A DNA stretch of 64,000 nt from Octopus bimaculoides (lineage: Eukaryota). Under the pieces are notes generated by a model. It made no database searches. It saw only the letters and a list, made by a program, of their open reading frames with translations, and was not told the DNA's origin. Made by a program: the position numbers and the translations under genes. The DNA is taken from assembly GCF_001194135.2 (NCBI RefSeq), contig NC_068983.1, positions 140,989,090 to 141,053,089 of the forward strand, written 5' to 3'. This document shows positions 39,401 through 52,499 of the stretch, piece by piece (within the stretch, counting starts at the first letter, position 1; each line of letters starts with the position of its first letter).

Positions 39401-40849
39401 ATCCCAGAAATATCTGTAAGACTTTAAATTTTTAATAATAATAACGTATATAACTTGAGATGTTTGTCTTGCCTTAGAGTTTGTTGTCCTGTTTAACAAA
39501 TATGTATGTATGTATGTGTGTATGTATGTATGTATGTATTATGTATGTATAAATACACACACACGATCGATTTCTATTTTGTGGTAGTTTGAAGGTGTCT
39601 GATGAAATAGCTGGCGATTTTGGATTAAGTAATACAACTGATTGCGAATAAAATTGTCAAGCTATTGAAACATTGACAACATGCATTTAACTACCCTTAT
39701 CCATTAACATTCATTTATTACATTTCTGCAATGCCAGATGAGCAGATAATGTTACCACTGGCCTAAAGTTGCTGAATACCTGATATCATTATGCAATTGC
39801 GATTACATTAATTAAGCATGTGACTGATAAAATTGCAATATTAATTTAATAATATTCCTACAGCGTACATTGCAAGCCCATTGCACGCTGAGGATCAGTG
39901 ATCTGATAACTACTCTCAGTAAGATCGGAATCGAGCGATGTGTGGCCGCGCTGACAGATACCACTGTGCTAAATACCTTACAACAAAAACTTCTTGACTT
40001 ATGCAAATTATATCCGCCTCTATAGGATGCATTTTAATTACCATATGGCAATTATGACCAGCTCCACTTGAGAAGTGGAAGATCTTAAATTTCAAGAATA
40101 TTCCAAAGTGTATATGCAATTTCACAAGCTTATTGTCTGGAGATATGAGGACAATCGTGGACACGTGTTTCTGGTTTAGTAGCCTGTATCTGCACGAGAA
40201 TCTTCCACTTACGCTGATGAGCGTTGAAAACAGTAATGACCTACTTAATGGGTCAAGCTTAAACAAAATGAGCTGAGAGGAATAATTCGAAGTAATCAGT
40301 GGTATATATTTGCATACCAGTATGTTAATATAATTTGTAATAATGATACACATTGAGTCGGAGATAATCTAAATAAATCGAAACTTTTCGTTGTAAGGGA
40401 TTCAACAAATCAGTATTTCTCTGTTATTCAAATATATGCCACACACACACACACGCGCGCATACACACACTCACATATATATATATATATACTTACATTT
40501 TTATTAAAGCTGCAAAAACATCGTAATGACTACAGGTGTATGTGTGGGTGTGTCTGTGTCTCTGTGTACGTGCGTGTGTGTGCGTACATGTGTGTTTCTA
40601 TAAACGCAAATCGACCGCAGACAGTTGTTGAGACAAGCGTGGGAGGAGCCCTCATAGAAATAATGACTGACCTTCAGTTTATCCCGAGAGCCAAGGAACT
40701 TGCGGGCATTTCATTGCTCTTCAAGAGTGAAGCTTTGGCCGACAAACACTTCATAGTTTCCTATCAGAGTGAAAAGTATGTATTTTCCATCTATCATCAT
40801 CATATTTAGGAAGAAGAACAGTGAGAGCGAAGAGCATAGGAATTACGCC

Positions 40850-41760
40850 TGAGTTGAATAGAGGGTGGATTTTAGCATGCATCATATTGGAAGGGAGTAA
40901 CGGCCTCATCGAGGTGAAACGAACCCATCGTGAAAATTAGCCTGATATCGTTGTGGAGGGGCTACTCTACATCAAACCAGACAGGTCGCACACTTCATTC
41001 GTTTTCCGGGAGCCTCATAACGTAGGAATCCCGAATTTAAAAGCCACGTGTTGGCTTTTAAGGGGATTCCCAAAAGAAATTCAATAAATTATGGAGGTTC
41101 AACCTCCCGCCCTCCCGTGGCACCTGATGGGTAAGTAGCCCCACGTGTTTTTCCTTCTGTGAACTCTTATCATGGCGGCGTTAAGAGTGGGTTGTCTAAA
41201 TGTTCGTGGCCTGAGTCACCTTGAAAGAAATGTCGCCTGCTTAAGGACCTCACGTCACTAGCTGTGCATTTAACGGCCGTCAGTAAGACTAGGATTTCCG
41301 ACACACACGATCTAGCCCATCATTTCGACGACTTTGAGATCTACGCATCTTCCAGTTGGACTGGAATGGGAGGCAGGTGATCGTGCTATTTAGGAAAGGC
41401 CCGAATCTCGTGGTACTCAGGATATTCCCAGACCCGGATGGTAAGTTCTTGCTCCTCGATGTGAGCAATGGAGAAGATTGAAGTAGTATAAATTGTCCAC
41501 AATTCAAAGTAATCGGATACACACACCATAAATACGTAATCTGCACGGTCAACCTAGATGGCATCTATAGGCAGGTTCCTGGATATTGGAAGCTGAACGC
41601 GTCGTTCCTGGCAATTCAGGATTTCAGAGAACAAGTGGGCAAGTTAATCCATTAGGAATTGTCGGTTGCAATCGTCAACACCCAATGATGGATAGCCCTT
41701 AAAGAGGAGGCTATTAGAGTAGAGACGTTTAGGATGTAGTAAAGAAATAACGTTAGAGTA
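40850..41760 (+). mobile_element. Tx1/L1-clade LINE relic (AP endonuclease region)
   Basis: VGCLNVRGL; AVSKTR; VLFRKG; DPDGKFLLLDV; HHKYV; GYWKLNASFL; internal deletion and stops. Confidence 0.8.
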
Positions 41761-42364
41761 ATCTAGAATAGAGTGAGACCCTTGCCCTACTTCGTGGATG
41801 ATAAAGCTAGAGCGCTTGCTATTCCGCTTTCTGTGGAGGGATGTGTTCTGCTTTTCAGACGGTCCATCAGCTGTCAACAGCCGCTGAGTGGAGGTTTCAG
41901 ACAAGTTCTATATGTATGGAAGTTCTGCTGGATATTTTCAGATTCACCAGCCTTGCCACTCTGACCTAACTTTCGATAAGGACACTAGAGTGTAACACCT
42001 TCATCTCCACATTTAACTCCACCGAAAGCTTAACGAGGTAGGAGAGATACTGCATTCAACTCCTCTCTTGACAAAGCGAGAAATGATAAGAAGAGAACGA
42101 TAACAAAAGTAATTACAAATGTATTAATAAGGAATATCCTGAAGATTTGAATAACTGGAGAGATTTATAATTCAGTGCTAAGTTAAATCCATATGAAAAA
42201 AGCTTTCATATCTCTAGCTTATGGAAGACATATCTAAGACATCTTATTTGATAGTATCTATTAGTTAATGACCTGGAATTAAAAAGAAATTTTTTAAATC
42301 CTGAATTTGAATTGTGTTTCAAATAGGTATATGCATTAAGCAATTAATATTGTATACAATTAAT

Positions 42365-42545
42365 TTGACACAAAGCCAGCATTTCTGGGGGAGGGAATAT
42401 GTCAATTACATCGACCCCAGTACTTAACTGCTACTTATTTTATAGACCCTGAAAGAAAAGAAAGGCAAAGTCGGACTCGTCAAAATTTGAACTCAGAAGG
42501 TGAAGACGTACGAAATGCTCCAAAGCATCTTGCCCAGAATACTTA
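42365..42545 (-). mobile_element. SINE family B (tail type 2), old copy
   Basis: TCAATTACATCGACCCCAGTAC...GGCAAAGTCG...TTTGAACTCAGAA. Confidence 0.75.
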
Positions 42546-42644
42546 AAGATAACTGATTAAAATAATTCAAATACGTATTTGAAGCATCGCTAGTGTTGTA
42601 AACATTATCGATCACATATACTCAGTAGATGAGGTTTCCTTGCT

Positions 42645-42860
42645 TGCCGGTAGCCTGCGTTTCACGTGTTGGGGATGACTCCCACAAAGCGCTGGATGTT
42701 AAAACACTAGAGTGAGCCAACTCGCTCAAAATCCCACTCAGGGGCGATGGGATTTAGGGCGTGTTGTCTCGCCTGTCTGTAAATTGCAAGTGTTTTAACA
42801 ACCGGAGCTTTGCGGAAGTCATCCCCACCACGCTGAGCAGCCTGCTAGCGAACAAACGAG
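42645..42860. mobile_element. Degenerate fold-back element
   Basis: Arms 42671-42708/42789-42826 (about 5 mismatches in 38 bp) plus an inner hairpin AAATCCCA/TGGGATTT. Confidence 0.75.
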
Positions 42861-43541
42861 CCTTGTCATTAGAGAATGTGTAGTTGGTGACTAATATAGA
42901 TAGATTCCTTTGAGGTCCGTTGTTCCGAAATAATTCAGGAAATGTTTACAGCGATTGCGTTGATGTTCATTGCAAAACAATTCATTCATGCATTCACCCC
43001 CCAAAAAGGTAAAATGAGATTCCCTATAAAAATTAAGAAATTTACTAATTCTTTCTTGTACGACCTATAATATATCTCTCTGCCGTATATACATGTTAAT
43101 GAAGAAAGATTGAGGAGAGATAATATTTATTACAAGTATTTCAATTTAGAACACAGAGAATTTTAAAATATTCTAAGTACTTGTTGACATGGTAAATAAT
43201 TTAGTCATTATTTTCAAAGAGCTAGTATCACTTATATCTAAAATCGATTGATTTCGTTTAACCTTACTATCATCTAATCAACCCACACCAGAAGTATATT
43301 GTTTATATTTAACCATTTAGAAAACAGCTTCTTAAATTAAACCTCCTTGCTTCTTTAATTATTTCTATTTACCATTATCATTAGTTTATAGATGGGAAAA
43401 AATTTCATGTTATTTTTCTCTCCATTCACCTGTGAATATACAAAAAGAAACTAAAAATATACATAGACATTAAAACACACGTAAACATATGGACAGATAC
43501 ACACATACTCACAAGCAAACACACACAGGCGCGCGCGCACG

Positions 43542-43580
<39 letters not shown>

Positions 43581-44147
43581 CTCATTATGTTCGGCATTTA
43601 GTTTGGAAGATTCTTGTTGTGAACTCCTGAGTTAAAAAAATATTTTGTTCTTGTTTCGGGAGGGACATTTTCCTAAAAATAAAAACGTGCACTCGCTGTA
43701 GTTCACTTCTTTATATTTTATTAGTAAAATGGTTAACTATTCGATAAACTTCNNNNNNNNNNNNNNNNNNNNNNNNNNNNNNNNNNNNNNNNNNNNNNNN
43801 NNNNNNNNNNNNNNNNNNNNNNNNNNNNNNNNNNNNNNNNNNNNNNNNNNNNNNNNNNNNNNNNNNNNNNNNNNNNNNNNNNNNNNNNNNNNNNNNNNNN
43901 NNNNNNNNNNNNNNNNNNNNNNNNNNNNNNNNNNNNNNNNNNNNNNNNNNNNNNNNNNNNNNATATATATATGTATATATATAAATTGTAACAGAATTTG
44001 GGGACGGAGGAAGAATTGGAGATGGCAAGAGAGATGGAGAAAGACGTTTAACGCATATATATAGGGAGATTTCACAAAAAAAAAAGACGAAGACAGGTGG
44101 TGTAGACAACAAACAGGTGTATTAGTTTAACGCTCGGAAATGAAAAA

Positions 44148-44185
44148 TCTTTAACGTTTCGAGCCTACGCTCTTCTACAGAAAGG
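44148..44185 (-). ncRNA. Minimal hammerhead-like motif with CUGUAGA core
   Basis: Minus strand: CTTT-CTGTAGA-A-GAGC[GTAG]GCTC-GAAACGTT-AAAG; stems I and II pair. Confidence 0.55.
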
Positions 44186-45331
44186 AACAAAGAAAGAAAC
44201 AAGGAGAAAAACAAGTGATCATCGAATATAAAATCCGAACTTGAATATGTTGTTTAAAGACTCATCAGTGATGACGGAGAACAGCGTAGATCGCTGGTGT
44301 AGCTCCTAAGGGCCAACCACTTTATAGTTTTCACAAAAAACGTGGTGGATATGTATGGAAACCTATTTTAAATATACTTTAAAAAAATACATTAAAACCT
44401 GTCATATGCACCTTCAGATAACAGCACAACAAATTTATTGACATGCACTAGTTGCCATTTTCAACAGCTAACGATGATGAACAGTAAATAACCGGCTATA
44501 TTTCCAGTGTGAGTTTTGCTTCCACTCTCCATGATGCTTTTTCACACGCCTCTGTAAGTGTGCTCGATTACTCGAAGGTTTTGAGAACAGCGTTAGTGAC
44601 AGGTAGTTTGTGCTCTATTTACAGATAAGACCGTCCGTGGTTGATTAGTCGCAATAAATTTCTCAGATTCCGTTATAAAACATTTAATGGTCGTGTTTTT
44701 TGAAAAGTCCATAGCTGTCTTAGTGAACTGGTAAAATAAATCCACGATAATTAAGTATGTTACAAATGTTGGTCTTTGCTGAGCATATATTAAAGCATTT
44801 TTCCGTAAAATCACTTGTCAATAAGAATGATATTCCAAAAGTAACAGAGACATTTGTCTCCATTTCAGTTACCTTCCAGCTACTGCACGATGTGCGAAAT
44901 ATCGTCAGGTAGGCATATACAGCGAGTACAGCTCAAAGCCTACATTTAAAAAAGGAAATTCTAAGATCGTCTTCTGTATTTAGTTAGCTTATACACTGGC
45001 ATATGCAGTATATTTGTGTGCATGTAATCGTGCAGTTTACTCTGGTGTAAAAGTTATTAAAATATATGAAAATTAAAATATCATTTTGATTGTTACAATT
45101 ACGATATGATATACGCAGTATAATTATGATCAGCGGAAACAGTAACAGTAGCATTGATAGTGGTAGCACTGATAGAGATGATTGTAGTAGTATCATTAAC
45201 AACGTGTGAAAGGCATTTTAATTATAGTAGTCGCCAGAAAACTAAGAATAACAGCATTAATAATTTATGTCTGTAGTTATTAAGTGCTGTGCTTATATAT
45301 GTATTTATGTGCTTTTGAAAGTGATTTCCAA

Positions 45332-45387
<56 letters not shown>

Positions 45388-46597
45388 TGAGACGGTTGAG
45401 TTTGTTTACTAAGTCGACAGCGTTTTCTTCTATACTAAACTAGCTATTAGTGAAAAAGGGCGAACATATGCGTCACCTTTAAACTACATCAAACGAAATT
45501 CTCGTTAAATCAACAAATCTATTTTATCGAGTTTCTCATTAAGCGCCATGCTTTATCCGATAAGACTTCACGAAAACCTGAAGCATGTAAATCAAAATAG
45601 TCATCCAGCACCATGCAAGAGAGTTTGGTGTTTGAAAAATAAACGACTATATATTGATTACTCTGCAGGTGTTTCAAGTGCTATGCAGAGAGAAACCTGA
45701 CTGGAATGAAAATAAAGGCTAATGTGACATTTCAAACGTTGATTATCTATTATAGCAAATTCTTTATAGTTCATCATGGCACATTCAAGGAAAAGGTTTC
45801 GTTTATTGATTTTTTAAAATTTCTATTTACAACATAAATTTAAAATTTGTCTTAACGGCTCCCAGCTTAGATTTCAATAGACTACTATTGTTATGGACAA
45901 AGGAGATAATCTTAATTATACATTTTAACAAAGCAGTCGCTATACTTGGGACATAGACATAATTTCACGTGTGTGTTTATACGTAGAGAACCATTGACTT
46001 ACCTGCCCATAGGTAGTGATATCAAATCATCGGCTTTTTATTGTTTATGTTCTATTGCTTTGACTCTACTGAAAAGCTGTAACAGACATTTTCAGACGGC
46101 TACTGGACAGAGGCAAAATATCATTCTAAAGTACCCAAGGAGTACCTGCGGCCCGTTTGTCTTTCTACATGTCACACTAGATTTTATGATGATACGAGTA
46201 TCATAGTTTTTATATATATATATATATTAAGATTGTTAAGATATCTGCTTTAATAAGTAGTCGGAGTAAATCATATACAATAATTAAATGTGATTTTACT
46301 TCAATCTTCCTTTTAGTGGTTTTGCATGACTTAAGAAGATTAAAATCTCATGCGGCTCGCTGAATGAAACACATTTTTCATGCCTTTTCTACACAATGAT
46401 AGAGCGATCTACTGTGCGAAATTATATATATCTCTGGATTAGTATCACTAAATGAAACTTAATAACCGGTCTTCGAATACGATTTCGAGATAAGAGGTAT
46501 GTAGATTTCTTTTTTGTGTGTGTAATGTAAATATATTTACACCCAATGAAAAGTATAGTTACACGAAATCTCGGTTGAAAATGAAGAATACAGTGTT

Positions 46598-47224
46598 AAT
46601 ATGTAAGAGGCATAGAAGTTGGTGAGCTGGCAGAGTTGTTAGCATGCCGGACAAAATACCTTCTGAGTTCAAATTTCGATGGGGCTGATTTTGCCTGTCA
46701 TCCGGTCGGAGTAGATAAAATTCGAACCAGTTGAAGACTGGGTCGATGTAATCAACTAAACTTTTTCCCTGAAATTACTGGCCTTGTGCCAAAATTTAAA
46801 ATCAGCATGTAATAGGCATATGGGCGGTGACCTGGTAGAATCATAAAGAGTCAGAAAAAAATGCTTAGCGGCATTTCTTCCGATTTCACATTCTGAGTTC
46901 AAATATCGCCGCCATCAAATTTGCTTTTCATCCTTTTAGAGTTCGATAAAATAAGTACCTGTTGAACACTGGAGTCGATTTTATCGACTCATCCCCGATC
47001 TTGCCAAATTTTGAAGCTAATATGTAATAGGTATCTAAGGCAGTGATATGGTAAAAAGCTTAGCGGCACATCCCGCGTCTCTGACTTATGAGTTCAAATT
47101 CCACTACGGTCGACTTTGCATTCCATTGTTTCAGGGTCGATGAAAAAAGTACCAGCTGAGCATCAGGGTCGATGCATTTGCTAACTTTGTGCTAAAATGT
47201 GAAACAAATATGTAACAGGCATAT
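46598..47224 (+). mobile_element. Three diverged SINE family B copies separated by four copies of a ~15-bp motif
   Basis: ATGTAA(G/T/C)AGG(C/T)AT at 46601, 46807, 47022 and 47210; each interval has GAGTTCAAAT and the family body. Confidence 0.8.
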
Positions 47225-47360
47225 AAAATGGAAGTAATGCATTTTACTACGAAATACATTTAGTTCTAAAGTATATCTTTCTGTCTACTTACTGGATTCT
47301 GCAACTACTGTGAAATAAATAAACAACTCATAAAATCTTATTTTCTTAATATATCTGAAG

Positions 47361-47751
47361 GTTTGTTGTTGTTGGCACTCCGTCGCTTACGACGTCGAGG
47401 GTTCCAGTTGATCCGATCAACGGAACAGCTTGCTCGTGAAATTAACGTGCACGTGGCTGAGCACTCAATAAATACGTGTACCCTTAACGCAGTTCTCAGG
47501 GGTAATCAGCGTGACAGTGTGTGACAAGGCTGACCCTTTGAATTACAGGTACAACAGAAACAGGAAGTAAGAGTGAGAGAAAGTTGTGATGAAAGAGTAC
47601 AGCAGGGTTCGCCACCATCCCCTGCCGGAGCCTCGTGGAGCTTGAGGTGTTTTCGCTCAATAAACACTCACAACGCCCGGTCTGGGAATCGAAACCGTGA
47701 TCCTATGACCACGAGTCTGCTGCCCTAACCACTGGGCCATTGCGCCTCCAC
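47361..47751 (-). mobile_element. tRNA-derived SINE family C, full length with (CAA)n tail
   Basis: Head GGCGCAATGGCCCAGTGGTTAGGGCAGCAGACTCGTGGTC...GGTTTCGATTCCCAG (A and B boxes), ~300-nt body, tail AACAACAACAAAC. Confidence 0.85.
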
Positions 47752-48084
47752 AGATGAAGGTATACAAGAAACATGTAAGAAACACGTAAAAATTTCTAAT
47801 ATTTTGACTTCCTAGTTTCATTCAAATAACATGTAGTGACTAGAACTTAAAGATACGTAGCCATTACGGTTATATTGACCACTAAAATAAGTATTCGAAA
47901 TTATATGCTTGGAATTTTATAGAAATATAGAATTTTATACAAAATTGATATATCTATGAAGTGAATTTATTGGACGTGCCATCTGTCAATATAGTGTTTT
48001 TATATATACATAGTTAAGCTTTGCTTTATTACATATATCTACTAAAGAAAGCCAGAATATGCTTCTTTCTAATCCTTTCTTCTC

Positions 48085-48380
48085 TAAGCACAAGGCCTAA
48101 CATTTTGGGGAAGGGGGCTAGTCGATTAGATCGACCCGAGTACGCAACTGGTACTTAATTTAATTGACCTCGAAAGGATGAAAAGCAAAGTCTACCTCGG
48201 CGGAATTTCAACTCAGAACGTAAACACAGACGAAATACCACTAAGCATTTCGTTCGGCGTGCTAACGTTTCTTATTTCTTTATTGCCCACAAGGGGCTAC
48301 ACAAAGAGGAGACAAACAAGGACAGATAAACCAATTAAGTCGATTACATGGACTCCAGTACGTAACTGGTACTTATTTAA
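48085..48380 (-). mobile_element. SINE family B heterodimer (tail type 1 joined to tail type 2 unit)
   Basis: Junction GCTAACGTTTC|TTATTTC at 48271/48272. Confidence 0.85.
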
Positions 48381-48944
48381 TATTTGCTCGCTATGCAAAC
48401 GAGACAAAAGTTAGTCAGGGAACACAGAACTCTAGAGATGTGCATCGGCAACGTAAGTTGAACTCAATATACATGTAGGCTGAGGAAAGGAAGATGATAT
48501 GCTAGAAGGTAGTACGAGTTCGTTTCCCGGCTTGCAATCTATCCGATGCAGCTACGCATCGTTAACCACATAGGGGAGATGTCCTCTTGGGGTTACAAAA
48601 TCACAGTAAATACCGCTCGAACGGAACAGCCATGTTGAAGTGGCTATGAACATTATTTGCTAGTACAACTACTGCGATCATCTTTTAGAGAGATTTTAGA
48701 ACTAGATTTTTATCTTATGTATATATATGTACATGGGGTAGGGTGGGATGGGATGGATANNNNNNNNNNNNNNNNNNNNNNNNNNNNNNNNNNNNNNNNN
48801 NNNNNNNNNNNNNNNNNNNNNNNNNNNNNNNNNNNNNNNNNNNNNNNNNNNNNNNNNNNNNNNNNNNNNNNNNNNNNNNNNNNNNNNNNNNNNNNNNNNN
48901 NNNNATGTGAGGGGGAGAGAGGAGAGGGGAGGAGGTTAGATGAA

Positions 48945-49250
48945 CAGGGGAGGAGTGTTTAGCCCACGTGGCGCAAAGGCGCGAAGAGAGAAGTTTAATC
49001 CCTGTTCATGGCGCAAACGTGAGTCCGGATGTCCCTTGTGCAAGGACGATCCGAATACAGACAGTTGATGTAAAGAGTGACCGGTAGAGCAGAAATGGCG
49101 CGAGACCGGGGTGTCATTGCCGAGTCGGATGTCCCGAAGGTGTTCCGCGAACCGCTTAGCCGAGCGGCGTCCCGTTTGCCCGATGTATAAAGAAGGACAG
49201 AGAGAGAGCAGGTGATGCAGTAGATGACATTGGTGGAAGTGCAGGTAAAG
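48945..49250 (-). mobile_element. Penelope/Poseidon-type GIY-YIG endonuclease C-terminus
   Basis: CPSLYIGQTGRRSAKRFAEHLRDIR...PVSRHFCSTGHS...EQGLNFSLRAFAPRGLN. Confidence 0.9.
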
Positions 49251-49256
49251 GAGTCG

Positions 49257-49290
<34 letters not shown>

Positions 49291-49294
<4 letters not shown>

Positions 49295-49835
49295 CGGCTG
49301 TTTTATCTACTCCACATTTCAAGCATTTACGACAAGATGTGCCTCCGTGAAAACAGTTCCTTCCGCAAACCAAGTTAAATTAAATTTGGGATATGCGGAG
49401 GGTGAAAGTTAACAACATAAACAGGACCTCTTTCGTTTCCTCTCTCTTCTTTAAGTCTTTTATTCTCCCTTCTCCCCCCTTTTGCTTCTTTCTCTCTCAT
49501 CCTTTCTCTAATTCTTTTTATCTCCCCTTCACCGTTCTCTATCTGTCCCTTTCTGTTCCTCACTTTTCCTCCTTTACTCTCTCGTTGCTCAACCCTGACC
49601 ATCGGCCATCTTTCTTTACCAAACTTGAGTTTCTTTCTTTTCTTGCGATCAGCTGCAAGAGATCAGACGCATCTTTGTCTGTCTCCTGTCACTGCTTGTT
49701 TCTCCAACGTTCGCACCTCACCTCGTCATAGTTTATTTAATTTTCTTTGTTTGAGCAGTTGTTTTGACGAGGGCACATCTTGTCGTAAGTGCTCGAAATG
49801 TGGAGTAGAAAAAAAGCCGACAACTGATGAAGGGT
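49291..49835. repeat. Inverted pair of PLE terminal-repeat segments with HHR-like cores
   Basis: 49291-49357 (-) is homologous to 49760-49823 (+): TTGACGA-GGGCAC[12 nt]GTGCTC-GAAATGT; a second CTGATGAAGGG follows at 49824. Confidence 0.75.
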
Positions 49836-49999
49836 CTTTCTTTATGTTGCTTGCCTTGTTTTCCAATTATTTCTTTCGTAGTTCGGAAAAAAGTTCGTAT
49901 TTTGTTTTCGTATTTCGCGTTGTTTACATTCTATGACGTCCTGTACCCACATATGTGTATATATATATATATATGTATGTACATATATGTATGTATACA

Positions 50000-50042
<43 letters not shown>

Positions 50043-50386
50043 GCATGTATGTATGTATATACATATATATTTTATTATATTTTATTATATCATATTATAT
50101 TATATTATATTATATGCTTGACATACGAGACTCGAAAAACTGTAAAAAACTGATGATTGGTTGTTCTCTATTTTGTTTGTTTTGTTTTCCATTTGTGATA
50201 TTCGTTGTTCGAAAGAATAGTTCATGTACTTGTGCTTCGAATTTTTTTATTATACTCGTTTCGTGACATCCGCGCCCACATATGCATATATTTACGTATA
50301 GATGTAAGTACATATACGTATGCATATATGCACATATATATATATATATATATATATACCCATATATGCATGTGTATACACATGCA

Positions 50387-50639
50387 GCGTAGGAGTGGCT
50401 GTGTGGTTAGTAGCTTGCTTACTAACCACATGGTTCCGGGTTCAGTCCCACTGCGTGGCACCTTGGGCAAGTGTCTTCTACTATAGCCTCGGACCGACCG
50501 AAGCCTTGTGAGTGGATTTGGTAGACGGAAACTTAAAGAAGCCCGTCGCATATATATATATATATATATATNNNNNNNNNNGACCGACCGAAGCCTTGTG
50601 AGTGGATTTGGTAGACGGAAACTTAAAGAAGCCCGTCGC

Positions 50640-50719
<80 letters not shown>

Positions 50720-50904
50720 ATGTGTGTATATGTTTGTGTGTCTGTTTGTCCCCCCAACATCGCCTGGCAACCGTTGCTTTTGTGTTTACATACCCGTAAC
50801 CTAGCGGTTCGGCGAAAGAGACCAATAGTATAAGTACTAGGCTTCCAAAGAATAAGTCCTGGGGTCGACTTGCTTGACTAAAGGCGCTGCTCCAGCATGG
50901 CCAG
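50387..50904 (+). mobile_element. SINE family A, young near-full-length copy containing a 10-N gap
   Basis: GTGGCTGTGTGGTT (A box), GGTTCAGTCCC (B box), ACCTTGGGCAAGT (CORE-like), microsatellite, 3' body. Confidence 0.9.
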
Positions 50905-51056
50905 TATATATGTAGGTATGTACATATATGTATGGATATATGCATATATTTATATATTATTTATATTATTATATGATCGAACGCCACGCATCCTTTTCCA
51001 AGTAAGTTTCATCTCAATAATTACGATGCGCACTCTTCTACTATCTCTTCTCTGTA

Positions 51057-51135
<79 letters not shown>

Positions 51136-52499
51136 TGTTCTTCATCCTTTCTGTTTTCTCTCCCACCCTTTCCATATTCTTCTCTCCCTTTCACCGTTCC
51201 CTCTCTCTCTCTCTCTCTCTCTCTTTTAATCTTCCTCCTTGACACTCTCGACACTGACACGTGACGAAAGGGGATATCTCTTTCTGTCCACTTCCTTCCT
51301 TAAAAAAAGACGTGTTTTTTCTTGTCTCCTCTCATGGCTCGTCTATCTAGCGTTCATAATAATTTTTCTATCATCTTGTCTCAACAGTCCACACCGTTTG
51401 TTTTTACTGTCTTGTTAACACTTTGACCCTCCGCAAAAAATCCCAAATTTTATTTAATTTGCGCGAATTTTATTTTGTGTGTGTGCATACATACATGTAC
51501 ATATATATATATATAGACAAACACACACACACAAACACATACACACACACAAACAGACAAACAAACACACACACACACACACACACACATATAATGAATG
51601 AGCTTTAATATAAGAAAACTCCAATTCTGGAACATGCTGAAAAACAATAACAAAAGAAAAATCCACGAAATTTGGATATCTTTAATACCATTTATCTTAA
51701 TGTGGAAAGTATAATTCAGTCTAATGTTCGCAGAGCCAGAACAGCCAAAACTTCTACGGCAAATATTATTTCTGGGAAAAAAGACAAAGTGAGATAGAAT
51801 TAGTTAAGCTGACATTAAGCACTAACGAACAAAAATACGAGGATACAAGCGAACAATTAAAAATCGTAGTTTCCAAAAGAAGAATGAGAAAAAGAAAATG
51901 TGATTTCTGTAAAGAAATGGATGAAAAACGAACATTGGTTTTCTTACTATCAGGGACAATTTAAAAAGAAATGCTAATCCCATCTTTAATGACAGCAGAA
52001 GCCAACAAAATGAACAGCTCTAAACTAATATGTCAGCATGGTCCCTATTACCTAAAAAAGTTCGAAAATCGTCCAAATCTAGACCGATCCTTCAACAACA
52101 GAAAAATCCTAAACATGGTAACACGACCACCAGCCTCTAATTACACAGGTAGACTTTAAATGGGGAAAGCCATACCTAGAAGTGAAGGTACACAATTAAT
52201 GCAAAATACACGCCATGTCATATCATAAGTAACAATAACAAACAAATTATGACTAGAGAAATCTTACATACCCAGACTTCAGGGTGAATAAAGTTTACAA
52301 TCAGATATACAGAAATAATTTTAGACAGAATCAAAATCACATAATAAGAAATAGCTACAAAGAACAAAACAAAATATACAGAAGATTCTTAAACAAAAAT
52401 TTAAGATACGCTAGTAATAAGAAGAATACAAACTACCCATATTCTAAGAAGTTGATTTTTAAGCATAAAACCATATATATAGGGTTACAAGCTGGGCTC

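Noticed and set aside
39760-40370. Possible hAT transposase relic
   Set aside because: Only faint peptide echoes (KIGIERCVAALTD); insufficient without an HMM search.
46598-47224. CRISPR-like array
   Set aside because: Eukaryotic context, ~200-bp mutually homologous SINE spacers, no cas genes.
47680-47751. Functional tRNA genes at SINE heads (also 10165, 50387, 63391)
   Set aside because: No complete acceptor stem or cloverleaf, and each continues into a repeated SINE body.
50494-50640. 59-bp direct duplication inside a SINE
   Set aside because: The copies are identical and flank a 10-N gap; most likely an unmerged contig overlap.
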